A DNA stretch of 64,000 bases from Deltaproteobacteria bacterium. Lineage in GTDB: Bacteria > Myxococcota > Myxococcia > SLRQ01. The notes beneath the pieces were generated by a model that saw only the letters and a list, made by a program, of their open reading frames with translations, was not told the DNA's origin and did no database searches. Location of the stretch: contig JARGFU010000001.1 in NCBI GenBank assembly GCA_029210625.1, forward strand, positions 69,806 to 133,805, written 5' to 3'. Positions 26,932 through 36,004 of the stretch are shown here, piece by piece (within the stretch, counting starts at the first letter, position 1; each line of letters begins with the position of its first letter). The position numbers and the translations under genes are program-made.

Positions 26932-27269
26932 CCCGCCCCCACTTCTCCGGGGCGAGCCAGTGGTTCGTGACGGTGCCGAACTCCCCGCACGGGGTGCTGA
27001 TGCAGACCCCCACCACCAACTCGAACGTGCCTTGCGGCACCCAGATCTTCCAGTCCTTCCTGAACGATCCCACGGTCGCGCCGAACACCTGGTGTACGAG
27101 CAGGCTCCTGCCCATCAACTTCAACGGTCACCCCGGCTACGCCCAGTACTTCCTGGGCACCGACGACTTCTGGGAGAACGCCAAGACGCGCTCGGAAGAG
27201 CCCGCGCCCGCGCGCCCGGGCGTGGAGGAGTCGCTCCGCTTCAGCCGCAGCCTGGCCCCGCTCCGATGA
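25714..27269 (+). pseudogene. Same hydrolase gene including out-of-frame C-terminal segment (26898..27269) carrying the putative catalytic His
   Basis: A second frame, open from 26898, encodes ...ASQWFVTVPNSPHGVLMQ... Its 'vvvPgagHg' pattern is the expected His motif that should follow LQGDLDP. A C6 run at 26912-26917 and CCCGCCCCC at 26932-26940 are candidate indel sites. Confidence 0.45.
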
Positions 27270-27292
27270 CCCCCACTCGACGAGGTCTCCCC

Positions 27293-28588
27293 ATGCTTCG
27301 CTCTCTCGCTCTCACCTCTCTCGCCTTCCTCCTGCTCCTGGTCACCGCCTGCGGTGAGCCCGAGCCCGACGGCCCGAACACCGTGACCTTCCGGGGCAGC
27401 GTCGCCAGCCAGTTCGCCCCCACCCTCTTCCACGCCGACGCCTGGGTCGTCGTAGACGTACACGGCGGTGACCTCCTCGAGACCACCACCGACGCCAACG
27501 GCGAGTTCAGCGTCGAGGTCCCCGAAGGCTCCACCCTCACCGTCACCGCCGGCGCGGAGGGATCCGCACCGGTCACCCTGGTCGGCATCGACTCGGCCCG
27601 CCCGGGGTCACTGGACCTCTACCTCATGCCCTTCGACCAGACCCAGCTCCCGGGAGAGACCTGGTCGGTCTCGGTCACCGTCGACAACCTGCCCGCCGGC
27701 GCCACCCACGTCTTCGTCTACGGCGGAGATCAGGGCGGCTCCGCCTTTGCCCCCATCTCCGATCCCACCCAACCGGCGACCGTCAACTTCGACACCTTCG
27801 TCCTCGACGGCCTCGACGAGGTCGGCTTCACCCTCGGCGCGCTCAACGGCACGACCGCCGAGTTCTTCGACGCCGTCGCGCTGGTCGTCCGCCGCGCGGA
27901 CGCCGACAAGACCTACAGCCTGTCCATGCCGGGCGTCGCCCCCACGGTCCTGCAGATCACGACCAACCGTCCGGTGATCGACGGCAGCCCGTTCGACACC
28001 TTCAACAGCCGCTTCACCTACGTGATGGGCCAGGTCCGGGTGAACGACCCACCCGCCTTCAACACCGGGGCGGTCCTGGGCTTCACCACCACGGCCACCG
28101 ACACCGGCACCGGCTACGCCCTCGACGTCCCCTACGTCGTCACCGCCGACCATCCGGCCTTCGCCCAGGTCTACCTGAGCCGCGACCCCTCCGTTCCCGC
28201 CAACGGCATCTCACTGGTCCAGCAGGCGATCGAGCCGGGCGCCACCAGCCTCACCCTCGAGGCCCTCGACACTCCCACCGTCGACACCACCGTGACCTGG
28301 GAGCCGGGCGCCTCCCTCTCCTGGCCGGCCGTCGCCGGCGCCTCTTCCTATCTCTTCGCCGCGATCAGCGACGGAACCCTGCGCTGGCAGATCAGCACCC
28401 TGGAGCCCGAGCTGGCCTTCCCCCGCTTCCCCGAGGGCTTCGACCTCCAGCGCCTGAACCCGGGTGGCGGCTGGCGCCTCCAGGCCCGGCAGCAGGACAT
28501 CTCCTACTTCGACCACCCGGTGGAGTTCGACCCGACGATCGACACCTTCAAGGTGAGCGTGACCGCCGGCGGCCTGGTCTCGTTCTAG
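27293..28588 (+). CDS. Lipoprotein with carboxypeptidase-regulatory-like beta-sandwich segment
   Basis: ATG at 27293 with GAGGT 6 nt upstream. Signal LAFLLLLVTAC. TTDANGEFSVEVPEGSTLTVTA motif. The track ORF 26894..28588 carries a spurious Pro/Arg-rich N-terminal extension. Confidence 0.65.
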   Translation: MLRSLALTSLAFLLLLVTACGEPEPDGPNTVTFRGSVASQFAPTLFHADAWVVVDVHGGDLLETTTDANGEFSVEVPEGSTLTVTAGAEGSAPVTLVGIDSARPGSLDLYLMPFDQTQLPGETWSVSVTVDNLPAGATHVFVYGGDQGGSAFAPISDPTQPATVNFDTFVLDGLDEVGFTLGALNGTTAEFFDAVALVVRRADADKTYSLSMPGVAPTVLQITTNRPVIDGSPFDTFNSRFTYVMGQVRVNDPPAFNTGAVLGFTTTATDTGTGYALDVPYVVTADHPAFAQVYLSRDPSVPANGISLVQQAIEPGATSLTLEALDTPTVDTTVTWEPGASLSWPAVAGASSYLFAAISDGTLRWQISTLEPELAFPRFPEGFDLQRLNPGGGWRLQARQQDISYFDHPVEFDPTIDTFKVSVTAGGLVSF

Positions 28589-29595
28589 GCGGCCGCGCCG
28601 GAAGTAGCGCCCTCCTCGCCGGGCGTCACGCCGCGCCCGGCGCGCAGCAGGTAGAGCCAGAGCAGGACGAAGGCGGCGCAGGCGAAGGCCACCTTCACCC
28701 GCAGGTCGATCACCGGCTCGTGCCACTGGGAGATCGTCCCCTCGATCAGGCCGGCCACCACCAGCACCGGGGCGGTGCCCAGCACCAGGAGCACCGCCGT
28801 CTGGGCGGCCTCCCGCAGCGCCCGCCGGCGCCCGAGCCTCCCCGGGGCCAGGATCGAGCGCCCCAGGACGAAGCCCGCGCCGCCGGCGATGAAGACCGCC
28901 GAGAGCTCCAGCGAGCCGTGGGGGAAGATCCAGGCGACGAAGAACAAGCCGTGCCCCCGGGTCCAGTAGAGCCAGCCCAGCGCCCCCAGCCCGATGCCGT
29001 TGAAGAAGAGGAGCACCGCCGTGAGGATGCCGCCGGCCAGGCCCACCGCGAAGACCAGGATGGTGACCTGGATGTTATGGGTGAAGAGGAAGGCCGAGAA
29101 GGCCGCCTCCTCGTCCGCGTCGAGCTTGCGCCCGGCGTCCCGCTCCACCCGCTGGGCCGGATCGAGGTGCTGGTGCTGCTCGGGGACCAGGTAGATCCAC
29201 GCGTCGGGATCCACCGCCATCGCGATGCCGCCGAAGGCGGAGCCGGCCAGGAAGAAGGCCGTCGAGAGCGCGATGGCCCGCCACTCCTGCCGCACCAGGC
29301 GGGGGTAGCCCACCGCCAGGAAGCGGGTGATGGCCGAGAGGCGGGGCCGCGGGTTGGGGTGGATGCGGCCGTGGGCCCGGGCGACCAGGTCGTTCAGGTA
29401 GTCGACGACCTCGGCGCTCGCGCCGTGGCTGCGGGCCCAGAGCAGGTCGGCGGAGGCCTGCCGGTAGAGGCGGCCGAGATCCTTCGCCTCCGAGAGGTCG
29501 AGCTTGGCCACCCCGCGACGGTCGACCTCCGTCAGCAGCATCTCCAGGGCCTGCCAGCGTCCCCGGCCTTCCTCGAGAAATTGGGTCAGCTCCAC
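28585..29595 (-). CDS. Stage II sporulation protein M-like (DUF95) integral membrane protein
   Basis: Six hydrophobic helices (FTHNIQVTILVFAVGLAGGILTAVLLFFNGIGLGALGW ..., FVAWIFPHGSLELSAVFIAGGAGFVLG) with DUF95/SpoIIM topology. Divergent from the RDD gene. Confidence 0.7.
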   Translation of the reverse strand: MELTQFLEEGRGRWQALEMLLTEVDRRGVAKLDLSEAKDLGRLYRQASADLLWARSHGASAEVVDYLNDLVARAHGRIHPNPRPRLSAITRFLAVGYPRLVRQEWRAIALSTAFFLAGSAFGGIAMAVDPDAWIYLVPEQHQHLDPAQRVERDAGRKLDADEEAAFSAFLFTHNIQVTILVFAVGLAGGILTAVLLFFNGIGLGALGWLYWTRGHGLFFVAWIFPHGSLELSAVFIAGGAGFVLGRSILAPGRLGRRRALREAAQTAVLLVLGTAPVLVVAGLIEGTISQWHEPVIDLRVKVAFACAAFVLLWLYLLRAGRGVTPGEEGATSGAAA

Positions 29596-29660
29596 GGCCC
29601 GCCCATCGTAGCACCTCGGCCCCCGTCGGCGCTGCGCCGCGTGCTACCCTCGGGGGGCCC

Positions 29661-30473
29661 ATGCGCACCGACGCCCTGCATCAGGTGGAGACCAGCGAGT
29701 TCGTGATCTTCGAGTTCGAGCTGGCCGGCCTGGCCACGCGGGCGGCCGCCTGGATGATCGACGCCATGGTGATCGGCCTCCTGGTCGGCTCGATCTGGTT
29801 CGCCCTGGCCATCGCCTCGATCGTCGGCGGGGGCGTCGCCGTCGCCCTGGCCTTCGTCCTCTCCTTCCTCGTGCAGTGGGGCTACTTCACGATCCTGGAG
29901 TGGGCCTGGAAGGGGCAGACCCTGGGGAAGAAGGCCGTGGGCCTGCGGGTGCTCACCGATCGGGGCCTGCGGCCGGCCTTCTACCAGGTGCTGCTGCGCA
30001 ACCTGCTGCGGATCATCGACTCGATGCCGATGACCTATCTGGTGGGCGGCCTCTCCGCCTTCGCCTCCCGGAGCCACCAGCGCCTGGGGGATCTGGTGGC
30101 CGGCACCATCGTCGTGAAGGAGCGCAAGCGCCCCCTGCCCTCGGCGATCCTGCCCGAGCACGAGCGCTACAACTCCTTCCTGGAGGATCGGGCCGCCGCC
30201 GAGGCCGCCCGGCGCCTGGTCCCCGCGGCCCTGCGCGAGGTGATGATCTCCCTCTCCCTGCGCCGGGAGGAGATCGAGACCGACGCCCGCCTGCTCCTCT
30301 TCGACCGGGTCGCCCTGGCCCTGGTCGACGCCGGGGTGCCCCGCCCCCGGGCCCTCTCCGCCGAGCGCTTCGTGGTCGGGGCCACCGCGGCGATCCTCCA
30401 GGGGGAGAGCGGGCCGCGCGGCAAGGAGCGCCGCGCCCACAAGAGAGTCCCGCTCGGGCGGGGAGTCGGATAG
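29661..30473 (+). CDS. RDD-family membrane protein
   Basis: RDD domain with conserved R...D...D spacing (RAAAWMIDAMVIGLL ... RRLGDLVAGTIVV). Confidence 0.8.
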   Translation: MRTDALHQVETSEFVIFEFELAGLATRAAAWMIDAMVIGLLVGSIWFALAIASIVGGGVAVALAFVLSFLVQWGYFTILEWAWKGQTLGKKAVGLRVLTDRGLRPAFYQVLLRNLLRIIDSMPMTYLVGGLSAFASRSHQRLGDLVAGTIVVKERKRPLPSAILPEHERYNSFLEDRAAAEAARRLVPAALREVMISLSLRREEIETDARLLLFDRVALALVDAGVPRPRALSAERFVVGATAAILQGESGPRGKERRAHKRVPLGRGVG

Positions 30474-30485
30474 GCTGCCTCCCTC

Positions 30486-32942
30486 GTGATCGCCCGACTC
30501 CTGGCAAACCTGGCCTCGCGCCACGCAGGCAAGATGGTCCTCCTCTCGGCCCTCCTCACGGGGCTGATGGCCTGGGCCGCGACCGGGCTGCGGATCCACA
30601 CCTCGCTGACCGAGCTCCTCCCGGAGAAGGCGCGCGAGGTGCAGGACGTCCACGTGGTGAACGAGGAGGTGGGGGGCATCGGCTACCTCGTGGCGGTGAT
30701 CAAGGGTGAGGACGCCGAGGTGGTCGGCGACTTCGCCAACCGCTTCGTCGAGGCCGTCGGGAAGCTCCCGGACGTCCGCTACGTCGAGCACCACTACGAC
30801 CCGGAGTTCTTCAAGCAGCGCGCGCTGATGTTGCTGACCCCCGCGGAGATCGACGAGCTCGACGCGGCGGTGGCCGCCCGCATCGCGAAGGAGAAGCGGG
30901 ACGCGAACCCCCTCATCGTGAACCTCCTGGACGAGGAGGACGAGGAGGAGGTCCCCACCCTCGAGGAGCTGCAGAAGAAGTACGAGGCCCGGGCCCCCAC
31001 CCGCGAGCGCCTGACCTCGGACGAGGGGCGCACCGCCTACGTCATGATCAAGCCCGAGGGCCTCGCCGGCGATCTCGCCTTCGGCCAGGTCTTCGTGCCG
31101 AAGGTCCGGGCCATGGCCGCCGAGATGGGCGCCGCCACCGGCGGCTTCGACGGCAGCGTGGCGAAGGACGCCGAGGCGAAGGTCTGGGTCGGCCTCACCG
31201 GCAACTACGCCATCCGGGTGGAGGAGAACCAGGTCATCCTCCGGGACCTGCAGATGGCCGCCGTGATGGCCCTCCTCCTCTCGGTGGGGCTGGTCGTCGT
31301 CTGGACCCGGCGGATCCGGGCGCTGCTCCTGGTGGGCCTGCCCCTCCTGGCCGGCGTGCTCTGGACCGGCGGGATCGTGGCCCTCACGGTCGGTGAGATC
31401 AACATCATCACCGGCTTCCTCGTCGCCATCCTCTTCGGCCTCGGCGTCGACTTCGGCATCCACCTCTTCATGCGCTTCATGGAGGAGCGCCGCACCGGCG
31501 CCGAGGTGGAGGACGCCCTCCTGCGGGCCATCGAGGTCACCGGGCGGGCCACCGCCACCGGCGCGGCCACCACCGCCGCCGCCTTCTACGGCCTCTCCTT
31601 CGCCGACTTCGAGGGCTTCTCCCAGTTCGGCCAGGTCGCCGCCGTCGGCGTGCTGATCGCCTTCCTCGCCACCTACCTCACGGCCCCGCCCCTCTACGTC
31701 TACCTCGACCGCCTCAAGTCCATGATCCGGCCCCACCGGGTCAAGGAGGACAAGCCCGCCTTCTCCAACCGGGCGCCCGGGCTGGTCGCCGGCACCGTGA
31801 TCGTCGCCGTGCTCGGCTTCGCCGTCTTCTCGGTCTTCTCGATCCGGCACATCGGCTTCGTCACCGACTTCCGCAAGCTGCAGGGCACCCTGCCGGCCAC
31901 CGTCCTCCTGGACGAGGCCACCGAGGCCCTCGGCCGCACCCTCGCCCCGGCGATCATCATGACCCGGGGGGTGGAGAACGCCCGGAAGATCTCGGAAGAG
32001 CTCCACGCCATGCGCGACGCCCAGAGCGCCGAGGGGGTGGTGGGGCTGGTGCTCACCCTCAACGACGTGGTGCCGCCGGATCAGGACGCCCGCCTCGCGC
32101 GGCTGAAGGTGCTGCGGGAGACCCTGAGCGATCCCGCCGTCGGCACCCTGCCCGACGAGGACCGCAAGAAGGTCGAGAAGGCCATCGCGCTGACCAACCC
32201 CCCGAAGTGGGGCGTGGACGACCTGCCCCAGTACGTGCGCAACCGCTTCCTCTCCCCGGACGGTCAGGAGGTCATGTGCCTGGCCGCGCCGGTGAAGCCA
32301 CCCCTGCACATCTCGGTGCTCTTCGCCTGGGCCGACGCCCTCACGGAGCTGCGGGAGCGGGTGGGCGACATCCCCATCTGGACCGCCGACGAGAACCTCA
32401 TCGCCGCCAAGGTCTTCCGCCTGATGCGGGACGACGGCCCCCGGGTGCTCCTCGCCGCCATCCTCGCGGTCTTCTTCCTCCTCTTCATCGACCTGCGCAG
32501 CCCCTTCCGGGCCCTGCTGGTCCTCGGCCCCCTCCTCCTGGGCGTGCTCTGCATCGCCGGCGGGATGCGGCTCTTCGGGGTGGACCTGAACTTCCTCAAC
32601 GGCGTGATGATCCCCTCGATCGTCGGCATCGGCATCGACAACGCCGTGCACGTCTACCACCGCTACCGGGACGAGGGCCGGGGCAGCATCGGCCGCCTGG
32701 TGCGCAACACCGGCTCGGCGGCCTTCCTCGCCACCACCACCACCGCCATCGGCTTCGGCACCCTGGTGCTGGCCCACCACGGCGGCCTGCGCAGCGCCGG
32801 CGAGCTCGCCCTCATCGGGATGGGCGCCTGCTTCATCGGCACCACCGTCTTCTTCCCCGCCCTCCTCTGGGTCATGGAGCGCACCCCCTTCGGGCCGCCC
32901 GAGGCGCCCACCCCGGAGGCGCCGGAGCAGCCGGAGGACTAG
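30486..32942 (+). CDS. MMPL/RND-superfamily transporter
   Basis: 818 aa. Two blocks of ~6 TM helices, each preceded by a large soluble loop (MMPL architecture). GTG start. Confidence 0.8.
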   Translation: MIARLLANLASRHAGKMVLLSALLTGLMAWAATGLRIHTSLTELLPEKAREVQDVHVVNEEVGGIGYLVAVIKGEDAEVVGDFANRFVEAVGKLPDVRYVEHHYDPEFFKQRALMLLTPAEIDELDAAVAARIAKEKRDANPLIVNLLDEEDEEEVPTLEELQKKYEARAPTRERLTSDEGRTAYVMIKPEGLAGDLAFGQVFVPKVRAMAAEMGAATGGFDGSVAKDAEAKVWVGLTGNYAIRVEENQVILRDLQMAAVMALLLSVGLVVVWTRRIRALLLVGLPLLAGVLWTGGIVALTVGEINIITGFLVAILFGLGVDFGIHLFMRFMEERRTGAEVEDALLRAIEVTGRATATGAATTAAAFYGLSFADFEGFSQFGQVAAVGVLIAFLATYLTAPPLYVYLDRLKSMIRPHRVKEDKPAFSNRAPGLVAGTVIVAVLGFAVFSVFSIRHIGFVTDFRKLQGTLPATVLLDEATEALGRTLAPAIIMTRGVENARKISEELHAMRDAQSAEGVVGLVLTLNDVVPPDQDARLARLKVLRETLSDPAVGTLPDEDRKKVEKAIALTNPPKWGVDDLPQYVRNRFLSPDGQEVMCLAAPVKPPLHISVLFAWADALTELRERVGDIPIWTADENLIAAKVFRLMRDDGPRVLLAAILAVFFLLFIDLRSPFRALLVLGPLLLGVLCIAGGMRLFGVDLNFLNGVMIPSIVGIGIDNAVHVYHRYRDEGRGSIGRLVRNTGSAAFLATTTTAIGFGTLVLAHHGGLRSAGELALIGMGACFIGTTVFFPALLWVMERTPFGPPEAPTPEAPEQPED

Positions 32943-32946
32943 GCCG

Positions 32947-33702
32947 TTGGCTCACGAGGTAGAGGACGCCGGGGGGCGCCGCCGCCTGGTCGAGGCCCTG
33001 GCGATGGCCCAGGTCGAGCTCCTCGACACCGCCGAGCGGCTGCCCCCCGAGTCCCTCTCGGTCTTCGTCGACGATCCCGCCGACCCCTCCGGCCTGCTCA
33101 CCATCGCCTGGGGCGCCGGCCCCCTGGGCTTCTCGAACGAGGCGTCCCTCACCGCGGCCCGGATCACCTCCCTCGAGGAGCTGCTCGGCTGCCTGCCTCG
33201 CGGGCACGGCACGTACCGCCTCACCGTCCCCTTCTGGGCGGCGCCGGCGGTGAGCAGCCTCTTCAAGTGTGAGCTCTCGGGGCCGGTGGCCCGCTACGCC
33301 CTGCTGCAGGGCGAGCCCGCGCCCCACCCGGCCGCCGGGCAGACCGAGCCGCTCGCCCCCGACGATCTCGACATCGTCGCCTTCGCCTTTCCCCGGGCCG
33401 TCCCCGAGGCGCCCCACCGCGCGCTCATCCTCAAGGACGAGCTGGTGGCCGTCGCCATCACCACTCACCTGGCCGGCGGCGTCGCCCGGATCGGGGTGCA
33501 CGTGGGAGAGGAGCACCGGGGCCGGGGCTTCGGCGGCGGCGTCGCCCGGGCGCTGATCGCCGACCTGCGGGCCCGGGACCTGGCGGTCACCGCCGAGGTC
33601 GCCCTGGCGAGCGAGCCCGCGGTGCGGATGGCGGAGGGTCTGGGCCTCAGCATCATCGACGCCCGCCTCGCCTTCCACCTCGCCGGCCAGCACCCCGCCT
33701 GA
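32947..33702 (+). CDS. GNAT-family N-acetyltransferase
   Basis: C-terminal acetyl-CoA-binding motif HVGEEHRGRGFGGGVARALIADL (Q/RxxGxG/A). It ends 209 nt upstream of the KamA-family gene on the same strand. The track start looks non-canonical, so the start is uncertain. Confidence 0.55.
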   Translation: MAHEVEDAGGRRRLVEALAMAQVELLDTAERLPPESLSVFVDDPADPSGLLTIAWGAGPLGFSNEASLTAARITSLEELLGCLPRGHGTYRLTVPFWAAPAVSSLFKCELSGPVARYALLQGEPAPHPAAGQTEPLAPDDLDIVAFAFPRAVPEAPHRALILKDELVAVAITTHLAGGVARIGVHVGEEHRGRGFGGGVARALIADLRARDLAVTAEVALASEPAVRMAEGLGLSIIDARLAFHLAGQHPA

Positions 33703-33911
33703 AGGCCCCCCGGAGGGTGGATCCTTGACCGGTCGGGGGGCGCCCCCGTACCTTCGGGGGATGGAGAGGACGCTCCAGAGCCGGAGAAGGCCCGATCCAC
33801 GGGATCCCCCCGTGGCGTGAGCCGCGCCCTCGCCCCGGACCCCACCGCCGCGCCTCGCGAGGCGCCGGGCGGTCCAGCTCCTCTCCCCTCCTTCGCAGGA
33901 CGGATCCCACC

Positions 33912-35279
33912 ATGAAAGACCAGCTCAACGTCCCCGTCTCGACCCCCGAGCAGCCCTTCCCCTACCCCATCACCCGCCCCTTCATCGAGCCCGACTGGCG
34001 GCGGATCCCCGGCTACAAGAACGTCAGCCGCGAGGAGTGGGAGCGCGCCCGCTGGCAGCGGCGCAACACCATCAAGACCCTCGACAAGCTCAAGGAGGCC
34101 CTCGGGCCCCTGCTCCCCGAGGGCCTCGGCGAGTCCATCCGGCGGGACCAGCAGGAGCGGGCGACGATGTCCATCCTCGTCCCGCCCCACATGCTCAACC
34201 ACATGGACGTCACCAACCTCTGGGAGTGCCCGGTGCGCCGCTACATGCTGCCGGCCTACGACGACCGGCACCAGGAGTGGCCCAACCACCCCCGCGCCTC
34301 CCGGGACAGCCTCCACGAGCAGGACATGTGGGTGGTCGAGGGGCTGACCCACCGCTACCCGACCAAGGTGCTGGCCGAGCTGCTGCCCACCTGCCCCCAG
34401 TACTGCGGCCACTGCACGCGCATGGACCTGGTGGGCAACGACGTGCCGCAGGCCACGAAGCTGCGCTTCGAGATGAAGCGGGACACCCGCTACGAGGCGA
34501 TGCTCGACTACCTGCGCGAGACCAACTCCATCCGCGACGTCGTGGTCTCCGGTGGTGACATCGCCAACCTGCCGATGGCGGTCCTCGAGCCCTTCCTGAA
34601 CAAGCTGCTCGAGATCCCCCACATCCAGGACGTGCGCCTCGCCTCCAAGGCCGTCATGGCCCTGCCCCAGCACTTCCTCCAGCCCGAGGTGCTGCGCGGC
34701 CTCGAGCGCATCTCGCTGAAGGCCCGCCAGGAGGGCGTCAGCCTGGCGATGCACACCCACGTCAACCACGTCTCCCAGGTCACCCCCCTGATGGCCCGGG
34801 TCACCGAGAGCCTGCTCCACATGGGCTTCCGCGACGTGCGCAACCAGGGCGTGATGCTCCGGGGCACCAACGACGATCCGAAGCAGCTCCTCGACCTCTG
34901 CTTCCGGCTCCTCGATGACGCCAAGGTGATGCCCTACTACTTCTACATGTGCGACATGATCCCCAACGCCGAGCACTGGCGGATCTCGGTCGCCGAGGCC
35001 CAGCAGATCCAGCACGACATCATGGGCTACCTGCCGGGCTTCGCCACGCCGCGCCTCCTCTGCGACGTGCCCTACGTCGGCAAGCGCTGGGTGCACCAGA
35101 ACGAGAGCTACGACCGGGTGCGGGGCATCTCCTACTGGACCAAGAACTACCGCACCGGCATCGAGCTCGACGACCCGAAGGCCCTCGACCGGCGCTACGA
35201 GTTCTTCGATCCGATCTACACCCTCCCCGAGGAGGGGCAGGCCTGGTGGCGCGAGGCGCTCGCCAAGGGCGGCGAGTAG
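33912..35279 (+). CDS. KamA-family radical SAM enzyme (lysine 2,3-aminomutase-like)
   Basis: CPQYCGHCTR (CxxxCxxC). Conserved KamA blocks DVVVSGGD, MHTHVNH, YYFYMCDMIPNAEHWR. Full-length 455 aa. Confidence 0.85.
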   Translation: MKDQLNVPVSTPEQPFPYPITRPFIEPDWRRIPGYKNVSREEWERARWQRRNTIKTLDKLKEALGPLLPEGLGESIRRDQQERATMSILVPPHMLNHMDVTNLWECPVRRYMLPAYDDRHQEWPNHPRASRDSLHEQDMWVVEGLTHRYPTKVLAELLPTCPQYCGHCTRMDLVGNDVPQATKLRFEMKRDTRYEAMLDYLRETNSIRDVVVSGGDIANLPMAVLEPFLNKLLEIPHIQDVRLASKAVMALPQHFLQPEVLRGLERISLKARQEGVSLAMHTHVNHVSQVTPLMARVTESLLHMGFRDVRNQGVMLRGTNDDPKQLLDLCFRLLDDAKVMPYYFYMCDMIPNAEHWRISVAEAQQIQHDIMGYLPGFATPRLLCDVPYVGKRWVHQNESYDRVRGISYWTKNYRTGIELDDPKALDRRYEFFDPIYTLPEEGQAWWREALAKGGE

Positions 35280-35281
35280 CC

Positions 35282-35995
35282 TTGGCGGCCCGCAAGAAGC
35301 CGCCCCTCTCGACGAAGGCCGGCTTCAAGCAGATCGCCGGGGTGAAGCGGCCCGATCCCGATCGGGTCGCCGCCATCGACGCGCTCCTCCACGAGCACTA
35401 CGGCTGGGCGGAGTGCGCCCTCCACCACGAGACCCCCTTCCAGCTCCTCATCGCGACCATCCTCTCGGCCCAGTGCACCGACGAGGTGGTCAACCGCGTC
35501 ACCCCGGAGCTCTTCGCCGCCTACCCCGACGCCGAGGCCCTCGCCCAGGCCGACACCCCCGACGTCGAGCGGCTGGTCCACTCGACCGGCTTCTACCGGA
35601 ACAAGGCGAAGAACATCATCGGCGCCGCCCGGATGATCCACGAGGAGCTCGGCGGCGAGCTGCCCCGCGAGCTCGACGCCTTCGTGAAGATCCCCGGCGC
35701 CGCCCGCAAGACGGCCAACGTCGTGCTCGGCACCGCCTTCGGCCTGGCCCAGGGCGTGGTCGTCGACACCCACGTCGCCCGCCTCACCCGGCACTGGGGC
35801 TTCCACGACCTGAAGGACGCCGTGAAGATCGAGCAGGTGCTCATGGAGCTCCTGCCCCGCGAGCGCTGGATCGCGTTCTCCCACGAGGTGATCTGGCACG
35901 GCCGCCGGGTCTGCGACGCCCGCAAGCCGAAGTGCGAGGGCTGCGACTTCCTCCCCCACTGCCCGGAGGGGAGGCGGCGGGTCCCCCAGGACTAG
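35282..35995 (+). CDS. nth: Endonuclease III (DNA glycosylase/AP lyase)
   Basis: HhH-GPD region (LPGAARKTANVVLGTAFG...VVDTHVARL) and [4Fe-4S] cluster CDARKPKCEGCDFLPHC. Start uncertain: TTG at 35282 just after the kamA-like stop, or a later GTG. Confidence 0.8.
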   Translation: MAARKKPPLSTKAGFKQIAGVKRPDPDRVAAIDALLHEHYGWAECALHHETPFQLLIATILSAQCTDEVVNRVTPELFAAYPDAEALAQADTPDVERLVHSTGFYRNKAKNIIGAARMIHEELGGELPRELDAFVKIPGAARKTANVVLGTAFGLAQGVVVDTHVARLTRHWGFHDLKDAVKIEQVLMELLPRERWIAFSHEVIWHGRRVCDARKPKCEGCDFLPHCPEGRRRVPQD

Positions 35996-36004
35996 GGTTC
36001 GTCC

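Noticed and set aside
26894-27292. N-terminal 133 codons of track ORF 26894..28588
   Set aside because: Pro/Arg-rich translation running across the 3' end of the hydrolase gene. The real start is ATG 27293, preceded by GAGGT and followed by a clean lipoprotein signal.
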